Assembly: GCA_963718615.1 (NCBI GenBank) | Contig: OY970368.1 | Coordinates: 4,160,001 to 4,224,000, forward strand | Length of the DNA stretch: 64,000 nt | From: an uncultured cyanobacterium | Lineage (GTDB): Bacteria; Cyanobacteriota; Cyanobacteriia; PCC-9006; JAAUQQ01 | Direction: 5' to 3' | In this document: positions 51,426 to 61,382 of the stretch, piece by piece | Position numbering within the stretch: the stretch's first letter is position 1 | Layout: each line of letters begins with the position of its first letter | Position numbers and translations under genes: made by a program | Notes under the pieces: generated by a model | Seen by the model: only the letters and a program-made list of their open reading frames with translations | Database searches by the model: none | What the model was told of the DNA's origin: nothing

Positions 51426-52685
51426 ATGTTGAAGGTTCTTGTTGATTCGACGCCTGTGTTGCCTCGGCCTAGCGGTGTTGGGTTCTATGTGAAGAATCTC
51501 GTCCGGGCTCTTCAAGCCCTTTCGAGTTCTGAAGCGTTTGATCTCAAGCTGTTTTATCAGCCTTCGTTTAAAGATTGGTTGCTCCCTGGGCAGAGCCCTG
51601 ATGCGATAGTCCATCGGGATCAAGCTGCTAGGCGACTAAATTATCCGGTACGACTGTCGGCGGCACTGTTGGGGAGTCTGGCGCGATCGCCCCAGCTCAA
51701 ATCCGCCCTGGCGGCCTACCTAGACCAGCAGCTAGGGAATCCCAGCATCATCCACGGCACCAACTACATTGTTTATCCGTCCCAGCGGGCTCGGACCATT
51801 CTGACCATTTACGATCTGACGTTTATCCGCTACCCAGACTACGCCGATGCAGTGGCGAAAACCTACGAGCGTCGGGTTCGGCATTGCCTGCAATGGACCG
51901 ACTTAGTCCTGACGATCTCCGAAAGCTCCAAGCAGGACATTGTGGAGTACTTGGCGGTTGAACCGGACCGGGTTTGGGTGACGCCTTTGGCGAGCCAGTA
52001 CCATGCCTTGGCTCCGGCGTTGACCGCGACGAGCCGTTTGCCCCAACGCTCCCCCAGTCCTCAGGCTCCCGTGTCTTCTCTCAATTGGTCCTCCCCGGCA
52101 CCGCTGCCGAGTCTGCCCCCAGCGCCCATCGACTATGACCTCAACCGTCCCTATCTGTTGTTTGTCAGTACGATTGAGCCCCGCAAAAACCTGGTCAATT
52201 TGATCAAGGCGTTTAATCTGCTCAAGGGCGAGGGAAAAATCGAGCACAATCTGGTTTTGATTGGCAAAAAGGGCTGGAGTTATACGTCTATTTTTGCGGA
52301 AATTGAGCGATCGCCCTGGCGCTCACACATCTTCCACCTCGACTATCTCCCCAACGGTTGGGTCCAGGAATTTTACCGCCGTGCCGATGTTTTTCTGTAT
52401 CCGTCCCATTACGAAGGCTTTGGGTTGCCGGTTTTAGAAGCAATGACCTTTGGGCTGCCGGTGGTGACGTCCAATACCTCTTCGTTGCCGGAAGTAGCGG
52501 GTCAGGCGGCGCTCTATGCGGATCCGCTTTCCCCTGAGGCGATCGCCACCCAAGTCCTACGAATTTTGTCCGACGACGGCCTCCGACAAACCTTGGTTCA
52601 ACGGGGCTATGAACAGGTCCAGCAGTTCTCCTGGGAAAAAACCGCTGAGGAAACGCTGCGAGCCTACCGGAGTCTTTTAAGATAA
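51426..52685 (+). CDS. GT4 glycosyltransferase
   Basis: TIEPRKNL, YPSHYEGFGLPVLEAM, SSLPEV, FSWEKTA. Confidence 0.9.
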   Translation: MLKVLVDSTPVLPRPSGVGFYVKNLVRALQALSSSEAFDLKLFYQPSFKDWLLPGQSPDAIVHRDQAARRLNYPVRLSAALLGSLARSPQLKSALAAYLDQQLGNPSIIHGTNYIVYPSQRARTILTIYDLTFIRYPDYADAVAKTYERRVRHCLQWTDLVLTISESSKQDIVEYLAVEPDRVWVTPLASQYHALAPALTATSRLPQRSPSPQAPVSSLNWSSPAPLPSLPPAPIDYDLNRPYLLFVSTIEPRKNLVNLIKAFNLLKGEGKIEHNLVLIGKKGWSYTSIFAEIERSPWRSHIFHLDYLPNGWVQEFYRRADVFLYPSHYEGFGLPVLEAMTFGLPVVTSNTSSLPEVAGQAALYADPLSPEAIATQVLRILSDDGLRQTLVQRGYEQVQQFSWEKTAEETLRAYRSLLR

Positions 52686-52722
52686 AGGCTCTCTGGCTGC
52701 ATTTGCTTGAAGGCCGACTGTT

Positions 52723-54531
52723 GTGATCCAAATCTTTCGAAAAGCTTTGAGTTTACTGGAGCGACGCGATCGCCTTCGGCTGGGAGTCATTATCCTCCTA
52801 ACGTTTGTGGGGGCGATCGTCGAGACCCTAGGGATTGGCATCATTCCGTCCTTTGTGGGCCTCCTGGGCAGCGAGAAAGTTCTGCGAGATGTCGGCATTG
52901 TCCGCTGGGCCTATCACCTCACCGGCTTCCAGGACTACAAGGCCTTTGTGCAATGGTCTTGCATCGCCCTGATGGTTCTTTATATTCTCAAAAATCTTTA
53001 TCTGGCTTGGCTCGGCTATATTCAGACCCAGTTTATTTATTACCAGCAATATAAAGTCTCCCGCCGCCTCCTGGCCCGCTACCTGCGGCAACCCTACCCC
53101 TTCTATTTGCAACGCAATACCGCTGAGCTCCAGCGCAATCTCAATGTGGAAGTGCCAACGCTGTTCACGGAGGTGATGCGAGATCTGCTAATCGTGCTCA
53201 GTGAACTGTTGGTTTTGTTCTGTGTTTCTCTGCTGCTGCTGTCAGTGGAGCCCATGTCTACGTTAGTGGCCGTGGTGGTCTTAAGCAGTTCAACCCTGGT
53301 GTTTTACCAAACCGTGCGGCGACCCATGGGGCGGTGGGGCAAGCTCCAGCACGACAATATGGGTCAGATGATGCAGTGGGTCAACCAAGGACTGGGTAGC
53401 ATCAAGGAAACCAAGGTTTTGGGCCGAGAATCGTTTTTTCTCCAGCAGTTTCGCCTCAATACAGCGGCCTATAGTCAGGCCATGCAGCATCTCCAGTTTG
53501 TCAATAAGCTGCCCCGTTTGTTTATGGAAACCGTGGCGGTGGTGGTGTTGCTCTTGGTGCTGGTGCTGGATTTGAGCCAAGGCAGACGGCCTCGGTCGGT
53601 GCTGCTGTTGCTGTCGCTGTTTGCCATGGCGGCGTTTCGGTTGATGATGTCGATGAATCGTATCGTGGCAGCGGTGGCGACGATTCGGTTTTATAGCCAT
53701 GCCTTGGATGCGGTCTATCAGGATTTGCAAGGGGTTCCCCCCGGCGTTGCCCCTATCCTGCCAGCCTTGCCCCCCGGTGCGGCGGGCAGCCAGCGGCCTA
53801 TTTTGACCCAACATATTGTGTTTGAGCGGGTGAGCTATACCTACCCCGAAGCCCAAACGCCTGCATTAGCAGAGGTTTCCCTCAAGATTGGCCAGGGAGA
53901 GGCGATCGGCTTAGCGGGTCCTTCGGGCTCGGGCAAGACCACATTGGTGGATTTGCTGCTGGGCCTTCTAGAACCCACCGAGGGCTCGATTGTGCTCGAT
54001 GGCCAGCCACTGGCCGATTGTCTTGGGCCTTGGCAGCGATCGGTAGGGTATATTCCTCAGTCGGTGTACCTCTCCGATGACACGATTCGCCGTAATGTGG
54101 CCTTTGGCTTGATGGAAGCCGAGATTGAGGAGGAGCAGGTCTGGCGGGTGTTGCATTTGGCCCAGCTTGATGAATTTGTCTCGGGTTTACCGCTGGGGAT
54201 CGAAACGCCGGTGGGAGAGTTGGGGGTGCGCCTATCGGGGGGGCAGCGGCAGCGAATTGCCATTGCCCGCGCCCTGTATCACGATCCCGAAATCATTGTT
54301 ATGGATGAAGCCACTGCGGCCCTCGATAACGAAACCGAACGCAGCATTGTCCAAGCGATGGAAGAGCTGATGGGGGAGAAAACCCTGGTGATTATTGCCC
54401 ACCGCCTGAGTACGCTGCGCAATTGCGATCGCATCTACTGGATCAAAGACGGTCATCTCAAAGATTCCGGCAGCTATGACGAGCTACTGCGCCACAATCC
54501 AGAATTTCAGTCCATGGTCCAGGGCCGTTAG
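52723..54531 (+). CDS. ABC transporter, fused TMD-NBD (PglK/HepA/MsbA-like flippase)
   Basis: Multi-TM N-half; GPSGSGKT, YIPQ, LSGGQRQR, DEATAALD, IAHR. Confidence 0.88.
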   Translation: MIQIFRKALSLLERRDRLRLGVIILLTFVGAIVETLGIGIIPSFVGLLGSEKVLRDVGIVRWAYHLTGFQDYKAFVQWSCIALMVLYILKNLYLAWLGYIQTQFIYYQQYKVSRRLLARYLRQPYPFYLQRNTAELQRNLNVEVPTLFTEVMRDLLIVLSELLVLFCVSLLLLSVEPMSTLVAVVVLSSSTLVFYQTVRRPMGRWGKLQHDNMGQMMQWVNQGLGSIKETKVLGRESFFLQQFRLNTAAYSQAMQHLQFVNKLPRLFMETVAVVVLLLVLVLDLSQGRRPRSVLLLLSLFAMAAFRLMMSMNRIVAAVATIRFYSHALDAVYQDLQGVPPGVAPILPALPPGAAGSQRPILTQHIVFERVSYTYPEAQTPALAEVSLKIGQGEAIGLAGPSGSGKTTLVDLLLGLLEPTEGSIVLDGQPLADCLGPWQRSVGYIPQSVYLSDDTIRRNVAFGLMEAEIEEEQVWRVLHLAQLDEFVSGLPLGIETPVGELGVRLSGGQRQRIAIARALYHDPEIIVMDEATAALDNETERSIVQAMEELMGEKTLVIIAHRLSTLRNCDRIYWIKDGHLKDSGSYDELLRHNPEFQSMVQGR

Positions 54532-54543
54532 GAGCAGGAATTC

Positions 54544-55626
54544 ATGGGCAATTTGTGGATTAACCTGGCGCTCTTGATGGAAAAGCCCACGGGCATCAGC
54601 AACTATGGGCTGAATTTGGTGCCGCAGTTGCGATCGCTCCAGCCCCATCTGCTCACGGCCCAGGCCCAACAGTTTCCCGGTTTCGACTGCTATCCCACCC
54701 CGGCGCATCTCACCCCAGAATTCGGCTCGCGGGGACATGTGCAACGACTGCTCTGGACACAAACGGTGTTGCCCAAAATTCTACAAACTGATGGCGGAAC
54801 AGCTTCGCCTTTGCTTTTTTCGCCGGTGCCCGAAATGCCCCTATGGCGGGGCTGTCGCACGGTGGTGATGGTCCATGACTTTATTCCACTGCGGTTTCCT
54901 CGTGGGCGATCGCCCCTCACCCAATATTTCCGCTGGGTTGTGCCCCAGGTGTTGAGCCAAGCGGTTCACATTATCTGCAATTCCGAGCAAACGGCGGCGG
55001 ATGTGGTGCAATTTGGCCAGGTGCCCGCTGCGAAGGTGACGCCCATTCCCCTGGCCTACGACGCCAGCCATTTCCGTCCGTTGAATCTCCCGCGCCGCAA
55101 TTATTTTCTGTATCTGGGCCGGTTCGATCCCTACAAAAATTTAGCGACTCTTCTGCGTGCCTTTGCTCGACTGCAATCCTCCAACTGCGAACTCTGGATG
55201 GCCGGTTCCCCCGATCCTCGCTTTACGCCTGGGCTGCGTCAACAGGCGAAGGAGTTGGGCATTGCGGACCGGCTGCGGTGGTTGGAGTATGTGCCCTATG
55301 GGGAGTTGCCCCGGTTGTTGAATGAGGCGATCGCCCTGGTCTTCCCCAGTCTCTGGGAAGGCTTTGGCCTGCCGGTGCTGGAGGCTTTGGGGTGTGGAAC
55401 TCCGGTGATTGCGGGAGCGGTGGCTTCGCTGCCGGAGGTGGGGGGGGATGGGGTGTTGTGGGTGGAGGTGGAAAAGGGGGAGGCGATCGCGGCGGGGATG
55501 GAGCGTTTGCTACGGGAGCCTCAGTTGGGGGAGCAACTTAGTCGGGCAGGCTTGCGACAGGCTCGGCGGTTTAGCTGGGAAAAAACGGGGGAGGCTACGG
55601 CTCGGGTTTTGGAGGGGTTTCTTTAG
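54544..55626 (+). CDS. GT4 glycosyltransferase
   Basis: VHDFIP, PYKNL, FPSLWEGFGLPVLEA, FSWEKT. Confidence 0.9.
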   Translation: MGNLWINLALLMEKPTGISNYGLNLVPQLRSLQPHLLTAQAQQFPGFDCYPTPAHLTPEFGSRGHVQRLLWTQTVLPKILQTDGGTASPLLFSPVPEMPLWRGCRTVVMVHDFIPLRFPRGRSPLTQYFRWVVPQVLSQAVHIICNSEQTAADVVQFGQVPAAKVTPIPLAYDASHFRPLNLPRRNYFLYLGRFDPYKNLATLLRAFARLQSSNCELWMAGSPDPRFTPGLRQQAKELGIADRLRWLEYVPYGELPRLLNEAIALVFPSLWEGFGLPVLEALGCGTPVIAGAVASLPEVGGDGVLWVEVEKGEAIAAGMERLLREPQLGEQLSRAGLRQARRFSWEKTGEATARVLEGFL

Positions 55627-55630
55627 TTAA

Positions 55631-55727
55631 GGGGATGAGCTAGGTGAGGCGGTTGGCGAGGGCTTGGGCGGTTTGTTGGCGTTGTCGGAGGTAGGTTTGG
55701 AGGCTGTCGCAGAGGGTCATGAGTTGT
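55631..55727 (-). pseudogene. hsdS 3'-end remnant, copy 1 (direct repeat)
   Basis: Reads QLMTLCDSLQTYLRQRQQTAQALANRLT*; 87/97 nt identical to 56510-56606 by manual alignment. Confidence 0.8.
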
Positions 55728-55749
55728 GGAAGCTCAGTCGTTTTTGAGC

Positions 55750-56172
55750 CTACTGACTCCAGTCTTGGGCCTTGAGTTCAGCAATTTTGCTAAAGTCGGA
55801 GAGGTTGCGAGTGAGGAGTGTAGCGTCTTGGGAGATGGCGATCGCAGCAATTTTCAAGTCCATTTTCCCTAACCGACGATAAGTACGTCGTAGCTGCTGA
55901 AAGGTTTGTGCGGCTTGCTGGGTGTAGCTGACAATCGGCAAGCGGGAGAAGAGAGCGAGATGCTTTTCTAATCGTTGGTACGCCAGGATTTCGTCTTCTT
56001 GAGTTTTGGTTTTGGCGAGGAGTTGAAACCAGCCCCGAGTTTGCTCTTCGTAGGTAACAATCGTGACCGCTAGCTCATCGGACTGTAGCGACGAGAGTCT
56101 GCTCAGCAACGTTTGTGCTGTTGTGCCCTTACGTTCGAGGAGGGTGAGGTGGTCGGTGTCGAGGAGATACAT
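55750..56172 (-). CDS. PIN-domain (VapC-like) toxin
   Basis: MYLLDTD, TYEE..G, MDLKIAAIA, LLTRN.SDF. Confidence 0.92.
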   Translation of the reverse strand: MYLLDTDHLTLLERKGTTAQTLLSRLSSLQSDELAVTIVTYEEQTRGWFQLLAKTKTQEDEILAYQRLEKHLALFSRLPIVSYTQQAAQTFQQLRRTYRRLGKMDLKIAAIAISQDATLLTRNLSDFSKIAELKAQDWSQ

Positions 56173-56173
56173 C

Positions 56174-56464
56174 TCAGGGCTCGGCTGATTCCAGGGATTG
56201 CTCGCTGGAGCGTCGGTATTCTGCTCCGAGGGTCATGGCTTGGTCAAAGAGGGGATCGTTTGCGAAGCTTCCGGCAATGTCTTCCCACCAGGGGGCAAGC
56301 TGAGGAACTTGTGGGTTGAGCTGATTATTTTTGAGTTGACTGACTTCGGCTTCGAGTTTGGCGATTCGTTCTTCTAGAGCGTTGGAGGGCTTGGGTTTCG
56401 GCAGGAGGCGAATCCACAGTCCTCTGATGAATGAACCTAGGTTGGGGAGACTTGGAGCAGACAT
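56174..56464 (-). CDS. Probable cognate antitoxin
   Basis: Small ORF ending 1 nt before the PIN gene; LEERIAKLEAEV..LK coiled coil and PWW..IAG.F..DP.FD.AM..G..YR pattern; ATG at 56464. Confidence 0.75.
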   Translation of the reverse strand: MSAPSLPNLGSFIRGLWIRLLPKPKPSNALEERIAKLEAEVSQLKNNQLNPQVPQLAPWWEDIAGSFANDPLFDQAMTLGAEYRRSSEQSLESAEP

Positions 56465-56491
56465 AGTTAGAGCACTGGCAGGGTATGCCAA

Positions 56492-56653
56492 TTATAGCGA
56501 TGGGGCTTGGGGGGTGAGCTGGGTGAGGCTGGTGGCAAGGGCTTGGGCAGTTTGTTGGCGTTGGCGGAGGCTGGTTTAGAGGCTGTCGCAGAGGGTCATG
56601 AGTTGTTCAACTTTAGCGACGATGCGTTTTTGTTCGGCTAAGGGGAGAATGGG
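56492..56653 (-). pseudogene. hsdS 3'-end remnant, copy 2 (type I R-M S-subunit conserved helix)
   Basis: PILPLAEQKRIVAKVEQLMTLCDSL*TSLRQRQQTAQALA; P.EQ..IV..(V/L) is the HsdS conserved-region signature; internal TAA at 56576-56578. Confidence 0.8.
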
Positions 56654-57656
56654 TAGAAACAAAAACTTGTCCCCCCCTCTGGGCATAGCTAGCAAACTCT
56701 TCAGCAAGTTCATGGAGTAGACTAGGATACAGTTGATTTTCAGGCTCTTCAACACAAAGTAAGGGATGGGGCTTAGGACCAAACAGTAGAATCAAATAGG
56801 CAAACATCTTCATCGTGCCATCGGAAACGTAGCGATCGATAAAAGGATCTTTAAAGGCTTGGTCCTGAAATTTCAAAATCAGCCTGCCATCTTCGGTTTC
56901 TTTCGCTTCTACCTGAGAGACACCAGGAACTCGCTCTCTCATTTTATTGAGAATCGTTTGAAAAATATCAGCGTGATTTTGATAAATATATTGGGCGACA
57001 ACTGCCATATTGTCACCGGTCGGAGAGAGATGCTCAGCATAAAGCGCATCTTTACTACCTCTTGCATCACTGATATGAAAATCAGACACGTGCCAATTTT
57101 CGATGAGAGATCGGAAAGCACTAGCCGCTTTAAATCGTTGAAACTGACCTAACCCTTTGATCGCCAGAATATCTTGAGATTCAAGTTGCTGCTCTTCACG
57201 CTCTAGCTCCTCATCCGTTTGTTCAAAGTTTTCTTCATTTGTAATTGCGTAACCCTTCCCTTTCTGAAAGTCCAGAAAATGATAAGGTGAACCATATTCA
57301 CCACGCTTGTAACGCAGAATTTCTCTTTTGACTACGGGCCGTTTTTCTTCTTGCCCTACGCTTAAAACATAGGAAACCAGCCGTTCTGTGTCCAGAATAT
57401 TCATACGAAACTTTAGTTCTATCTCAATATCTTCTTGCTCTTTTCCTCTAGTAACGACTTCGTGGAATCCACCTCGGACCTGGAGAGCTTGGCGAATGTT
57501 ATTCTTGAGGGCATCTCGCAGAAAGCCAAAAATATCGAATAGCGTTGACTTACCAGTACCGTTGGCCCCGATAATCACACAAAAGGCTGGAATATCTTTA
57601 ATTTCCAGTGATTCAAAGACGCGATAATTTTTGATCTTTATGGAAACAATTTTCAC
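56613..57656 (-). CDS. ABC-superfamily (AAA_21/OLD-like) ATPase, probably C-terminally truncated
   Basis: IKNYRVF, GANGTGKST, SDGT, CVEEPEN, VFVSTHSP, then runs out of frame into hsdS debris and stops after 9 aa. Confidence 0.8.
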   Translation of the reverse strand: MKIVSIKIKNYRVFESLEIKDIPAFCVIIGANGTGKSTLFDIFGFLRDALKNNIRQALQVRGGFHEVVTRGKEQEDIEIELKFRMNILDTERLVSYVLSVGQEEKRPVVKREILRYKRGEYGSPYHFLDFQKGKGYAITNEENFEQTDEELEREEQQLESQDILAIKGLGQFQRFKAASAFRSLIENWHVSDFHISDARGSKDALYAEHLSPTGDNMAVVAQYIYQNHADIFQTILNKMRERVPGVSQVEAKETEDGRLILKFQDQAFKDPFIDRYVSDGTMKMFAYLILLFGPKPHPLLCVEEPENQLYPSLLHELAEEFASYAQRGGQVFVSTHSPLSRTKTHRR

Positions 57657-57713
57657 AGGTCAATCCTGATTTCAGGGTCAGGTCATCCTTTTCAGAATAA
57701 GGAAGTTTTTCAG

Positions 57714-59138
57714 TTAGTCTAGGAGTCGATGAGCCTCAGCGATCGCCCCCCTCACCCGCTCAAACCCCGTCCCGCCAAAACTATTCCGCGCCGCCACCAC
57801 CTGCCGGGGCTGAATCGCTGCGTAAATATCCTGCTCAAACTGCGGATGCAACGCCTGCCATTCCTCCAGCGTCAAATCCTTCAGCAGCTTGTTCTGGGCC
57901 AGACTCGTGCGGACCACCTTCCCGACGAGGTTGTACGCCTCCCGGAACGGCACCCCCTTCGCCGCCAAATAATCCGCCACATCCGTCGCATTGGAAAAAT
58001 CCTCCGCCACCGCTTCCGCCAATCGCTGAGGCTGAAATTCTAGCCCTTCCCGCAGCAGAATGGTCATCGCTTCCAGGCACCCCTCAACGGTTTTGACCGT
58101 ATCAAACAGTCCTTCCTTGTCCTCTTGCAAATCCTTGTTGTAAGCCAAAGGCAAGCCCTTGAGAATCACCAGCATCGCCTGCAAATGGCCAAAGACCCGC
58201 CCGGTTTTGCCTCGGACGAGTTCAGGAATGTCCGGGTTTTTCTTCTGGGGCATGATGCTCGATCCCGTGGAGCAACTGTCCTTGAGGCGAATAAAACGAA
58301 ACTCCTCCGAAGCCCAGAGGATCAGTTCTTCCGAGAGGCGGCTGAGGTGGACCAGGATGAGGCTGGCGGCGGCGAGGAATTCTACGGCGAAATCGCGATC
58401 GCTCACCGCATCCAAACTATTGGCATACACCCCCCCAAACCCCAGCAACTCCGCCGTGTAGTGTCGATCGATAGGAAACGTCGTCCCCGCCAAAGCACCC
58501 GCCCCCAACGGCGACAGATTCACCCGCTTGAGCGCATCCCCCAGACGATTCCAATCCCGCTGGGTCATCTCAAAATAGGCCAGAAGATGGTGGGCCAAGC
58601 TCACCGGCTGAGCCCGCTGCAAGTGGGTATAGCCAGGAATCAGGGTTTCGACATTGGCTTCAGCCAGCGTCAGCAGTACAGCTTGGAAATCCCGCAACTG
58701 TTGACGGATGCCTTGGATTTTGTCCCGCAGATAGAGGCGAATGTCGGTGCCGACTTGATCGTTGCGCGATCGCGCCGTATGCAGCTTCTTCCCCACATCC
58801 CCCAAAATCTCCGTCAGCCGATGCTCCACCGCAAAATGGACATCCTCATCGGCCACAGTGGGCCTGAGCTTCCCCTCGCGGTACTCCTGGCGCACCTGCT
58901 CCAGCCCCTGGACCAATTGCTCAGCCTCCTCGGGGGAAATGATGCCCTTGTGGGCCAGCATCTGAGCGTGGGCTTGGGAGCCAGTGATGTCGTATTCAAT
59001 CAACTCGATGTCGAAGCCGATACTGGCGTTGAACTGGGCGATCGCCGGATGTAACGCCGACTCAAACCGTTGGCTCCAAGTATTCGGACTACCGGGAGCA
59101 TGGGCGGCAGGATTAGCGGGGGTGGATTCTGGGCTCAT
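57714..59138 (-). CDS. argH: Argininosuccinate lyase
   Basis: [49 protein letters not shown]. Confidence 0.98.
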   Translation of the reverse strand: MSPESTPANPAAHAPGSPNTWSQRFESALHPAIAQFNASIGFDIELIEYDITGSQAHAQMLAHKGIISPEEAEQLVQGLEQVRQEYREGKLRPTVADEDVHFAVEHRLTEILGDVGKKLHTARSRNDQVGTDIRLYLRDKIQGIRQQLRDFQAVLLTLAEANVETLIPGYTHLQRAQPVSLAHHLLAYFEMTQRDWNRLGDALKRVNLSPLGAGALAGTTFPIDRHYTAELLGFGGVYANSLDAVSDRDFAVEFLAAASLILVHLSRLSEELILWASEEFRFIRLKDSCSTGSSIMPQKKNPDIPELVRGKTGRVFGHLQAMLVILKGLPLAYNKDLQEDKEGLFDTVKTVEGCLEAMTILLREGLEFQPQRLAEAVAEDFSNATDVADYLAAKGVPFREAYNLVGKVVRTSLAQNKLLKDLTLEEWQALHPQFEQDIYAAIQPRQVVAARNSFGGTGFERVRGAIAEAHRLLD

Positions 59139-59175
59139 TACGATGTCAAAAACGATCTCGAACTTAACCTTAGGC

Positions 59176-59484
59176 TTAACCGTAGGATGTCAGACTCTTG
59201 AAGATATATCCAAGGACAAAACCAATCAATAGCGCCCACACTTGACCCGATTCAACAAAATGGGCAAAGGCTCCGTTCATATCACCCAAAATATCCTGGT
59301 CAAACTGCTGGGCAAGCACCAGATTTTCGGTATGAACCGGCAGGGCGGCTGGGAGTAACGAAGAGGCCGTCAGGGGGGATACGTCAGCCTGGAGCAAATC
59401 AGCCTGGAGCAAATCAGTCTTGATCAAAACAGAGGGTTGGCCAAGGGTTGGCGGAGCTTCCAGTAGAAGGGAATTCCAGGTCAT
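59176..59484 (-). CDS. Small hypothetical membrane protein
   Basis: C-terminal LAQ..DI...[19 protein letters not shown] hydrophobic helix; start uncertain. Confidence 0.7.
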   Translation of the reverse strand: MTWNSLLLEAPPTLGQPSVLIKTDLLQADLLQADVSPLTASSLLPAALPVHTENLVLAQQFDQDILGDMNGAFAHFVESGQVWALLIGFVLGYIFKSLTSYG

Positions 59485-59563
59485 GGGTCTCAAGATTTCC
59501 TGAGCTTTGAGGATTGCTGCTGATTGTACTATGGGTGTTCTAAAACGGAACCCGAATGCATCG

Positions 59564-59609
59564 AAAGTGCTGGATATAAAGCGCCGGATATAAAGCGCCG
59601 GATATAAAG
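59564..59609. repeat. 14-bp tandem repeat x3 (AAAGCGCCGGATAT)
   Basis: Intergenic; first copy has 2 mismatches. Confidence 0.9.
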
Positions 59610-59626
59610 TTCTGGAAACAAAGCCC

Positions 59627-61159
59627 TTAGTGCTCTGGATGAACCTTCATCACCACCAGAGTCATGTCGTCGTCATTTTGTTTACTCGGGCCGATAAAGT
59701 GCTGGACGCGATCGAACAATGTTTCCAAAATCCGCTGGGGATGGTCATAGCGCTGGCAGGCCCACTGCACAGCACGGATGAGATTGTCTTCGTCAAACCG
59801 TTCTCCCGTGGGAGCCGCAGCATCCGTAAAACCATCGGTATAAAACACCACCACATCACCGGGTTCCAATTCAACCTTGCCGTCTTCATATTGGCTGTCG
59901 TCATGGAGCCCGACCAGCATCCCCAAGGTGTCTAGCCGGTGCATCGTTTGCGTGGCGCAGCGCCAGAGCAGCGGTGGATTATGGGCGGCGTTGCTATAGG
60001 AGAGCGTGCGGCTGGTGGGATCGTATTCGGAATAAAACAGCGTCACAAAGCGGTTGGAATTTTCCAGATCCGTGTACATCACCCGGTTAAGGTGCTGCAA
60101 AATTCGAGCCGGAGAGTGACCATTGAGCACTTCTGCCCGCAACATCCCCCGCAACATTGTCATGATGAGTCCGGCGGGAACGCCTTTGCCCATAACATCA
60201 CCAATGGTGATCCCCCAGCGTTCGGTCTCGGGGCGATTGGGTTTTGTGGAATTGGCTGGATTGGCTGGATTAACTGGATTGGCTGAACTGGTTGAACTGG
60301 TTGAATTGCTTTGAGTAAGGTCTGTCTCACCCTGCCGCCGCTCAACTTGGGTGGGAATAAAGTCGTAATAATCTCCCCCAACCCGGTTCGCGGTTTTGCA
60401 GCGAGCTGCTAGTTCCATGCCCTCAATTTTGGGACATTGGCGCGGGAAGAGCTGCCGCTGAATTTCTGCTCCGATTTCGAGTTCGCGATCGAGTCGTTCT
60501 TTTTTGCGTAGCTCGGTGGTGAGCTCATCCTGCTCGATGGCCACCGCCGTTTGATCCGCCACAAACCGCACCAGCTTCTGCCGTTTTTCGGTCCACTGAT
60601 AATTGGGGCTATAGCTAAAGACATATAGGCGTCCTCGCTCAACGGTGCGATTGAGAATCGCCGTGCCAAACAACTGCACCCCAGCTCCCAGGGTATTGGA
60701 GACACGCTCATCTAGAACCGTTGACAATCCTTCTTGGACCGTCAGACTGCTTTCCGTGCTGGAGAACTGACGGGTGGCATTTTCGAGCGCGGTCTGGATC
60801 AAGCCACAGCGTTCATCATTGCTGCAATGAAACCGCTCTAGTCGCAATTCACCATCGGGTCGAAACACAAACAAGGCTCCCCCATCGGCCTTGGTGACGC
60901 GGCTGGCCACCATGGGGATGAGTTCTAAAAACTGATTGAGATTGGTGAAGCTGCGCAGGGCAAATCCGAGGGAGCTAAACAGGTCTTGCGTATTGCTCTG
61001 CTCACGATTTAACCGTGCCACCAATTCTTTCAGCGCAATTACGGGCGTCGTTTCAGAGGTTGACGCACCGAGGGCTGTAGGGGGTGTAGAGGGTTTTGAT
61101 AGGGGCACGGTTGTTATGGTAACGGACAAACCCAGAAGGAGGCGGCTCAAACGCACCAA
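59627..61159 (-). CDS. GAF + PP2C/SpoIIE (RsbU-like) phosphatase; start probably a later codon
   Basis: LKELVARL, ELEIG.EIQ, VGGDYYD, IGDVMGKGVPA, NAAH.PP, YTDG, DDMTLVV. Confidence 0.92.
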   Translation of the reverse strand: MVRLSRLLLGLSVTITTVPLSKPSTPPTALGASTSETTPVIALKELVARLNREQSNTQDLFSSLGFALRSFTNLNQFLELIPMVASRVTKADGGALFVFRPDGELRLERFHCSNDERCGLIQTALENATRQFSSTESSLTVQEGLSTVLDERVSNTLGAGVQLFGTAILNRTVERGRLYVFSYSPNYQWTEKRQKLVRFVADQTAVAIEQDELTTELRKKERLDRELEIGAEIQRQLFPRQCPKIEGMELAARCKTANRVGGDYYDFIPTQVERRQGETDLTQSNSTSSTSSANPVNPANPANSTKPNRPETERWGITIGDVMGKGVPAGLIMTMLRGMLRAEVLNGHSPARILQHLNRVMYTDLENSNRFVTLFYSEYDPTSRTLSYSNAAHNPPLLWRCATQTMHRLDTLGMLVGLHDDSQYEDGKVELEPGDVVVFYTDGFTDAAAPTGERFDEDNLIRAVQWACQRYDHPQRILETLFDRVQHFIGPSKQNDDDMTLVVMKVHPEH

Positions 61160-61296
61160 TTTAGGGCAATTCTGAGATCCGAGCCTGGGCTTGGAAAAGA
61201 TGCCCCATAGTAATAGCGTGAATTGTCAGAATTGCCAATAGCAATTCTGGGAGAGTTTGCCGGTGCTCTGTCTAGCGCTATCCAGCACAAATTGAT

Positions 61297-61349
61297 AGGG
61301 CACTAAACAGGGCACTAACAGGGAACTAAACAGGGAACTAAACAGGGCA
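61297..61349. repeat. ~12-bp tandem repeat x4 (AGGG[C/A]ACTAAAC)
   Basis: Intergenic between ftsY and the phosphatase gene. Confidence 0.9.
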
Positions 61350-61382
61350 TTGCCCTGGGCTGATATTTTCTTCTAAAGAAAT

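Noticed and set aside
56576-56782. 68-aa ORF as a real gene
   Set aside because: Chimeric reading: an alternative frame of the ATPase joined to the hsdS remnant
58125-59054. 309-aa + strand ORF
   Set aside because: Antisense shadow of argH with no recognisable motifs; the same applies to 24287-24988, 12906-13571, 11721-12383 and 61629-62258
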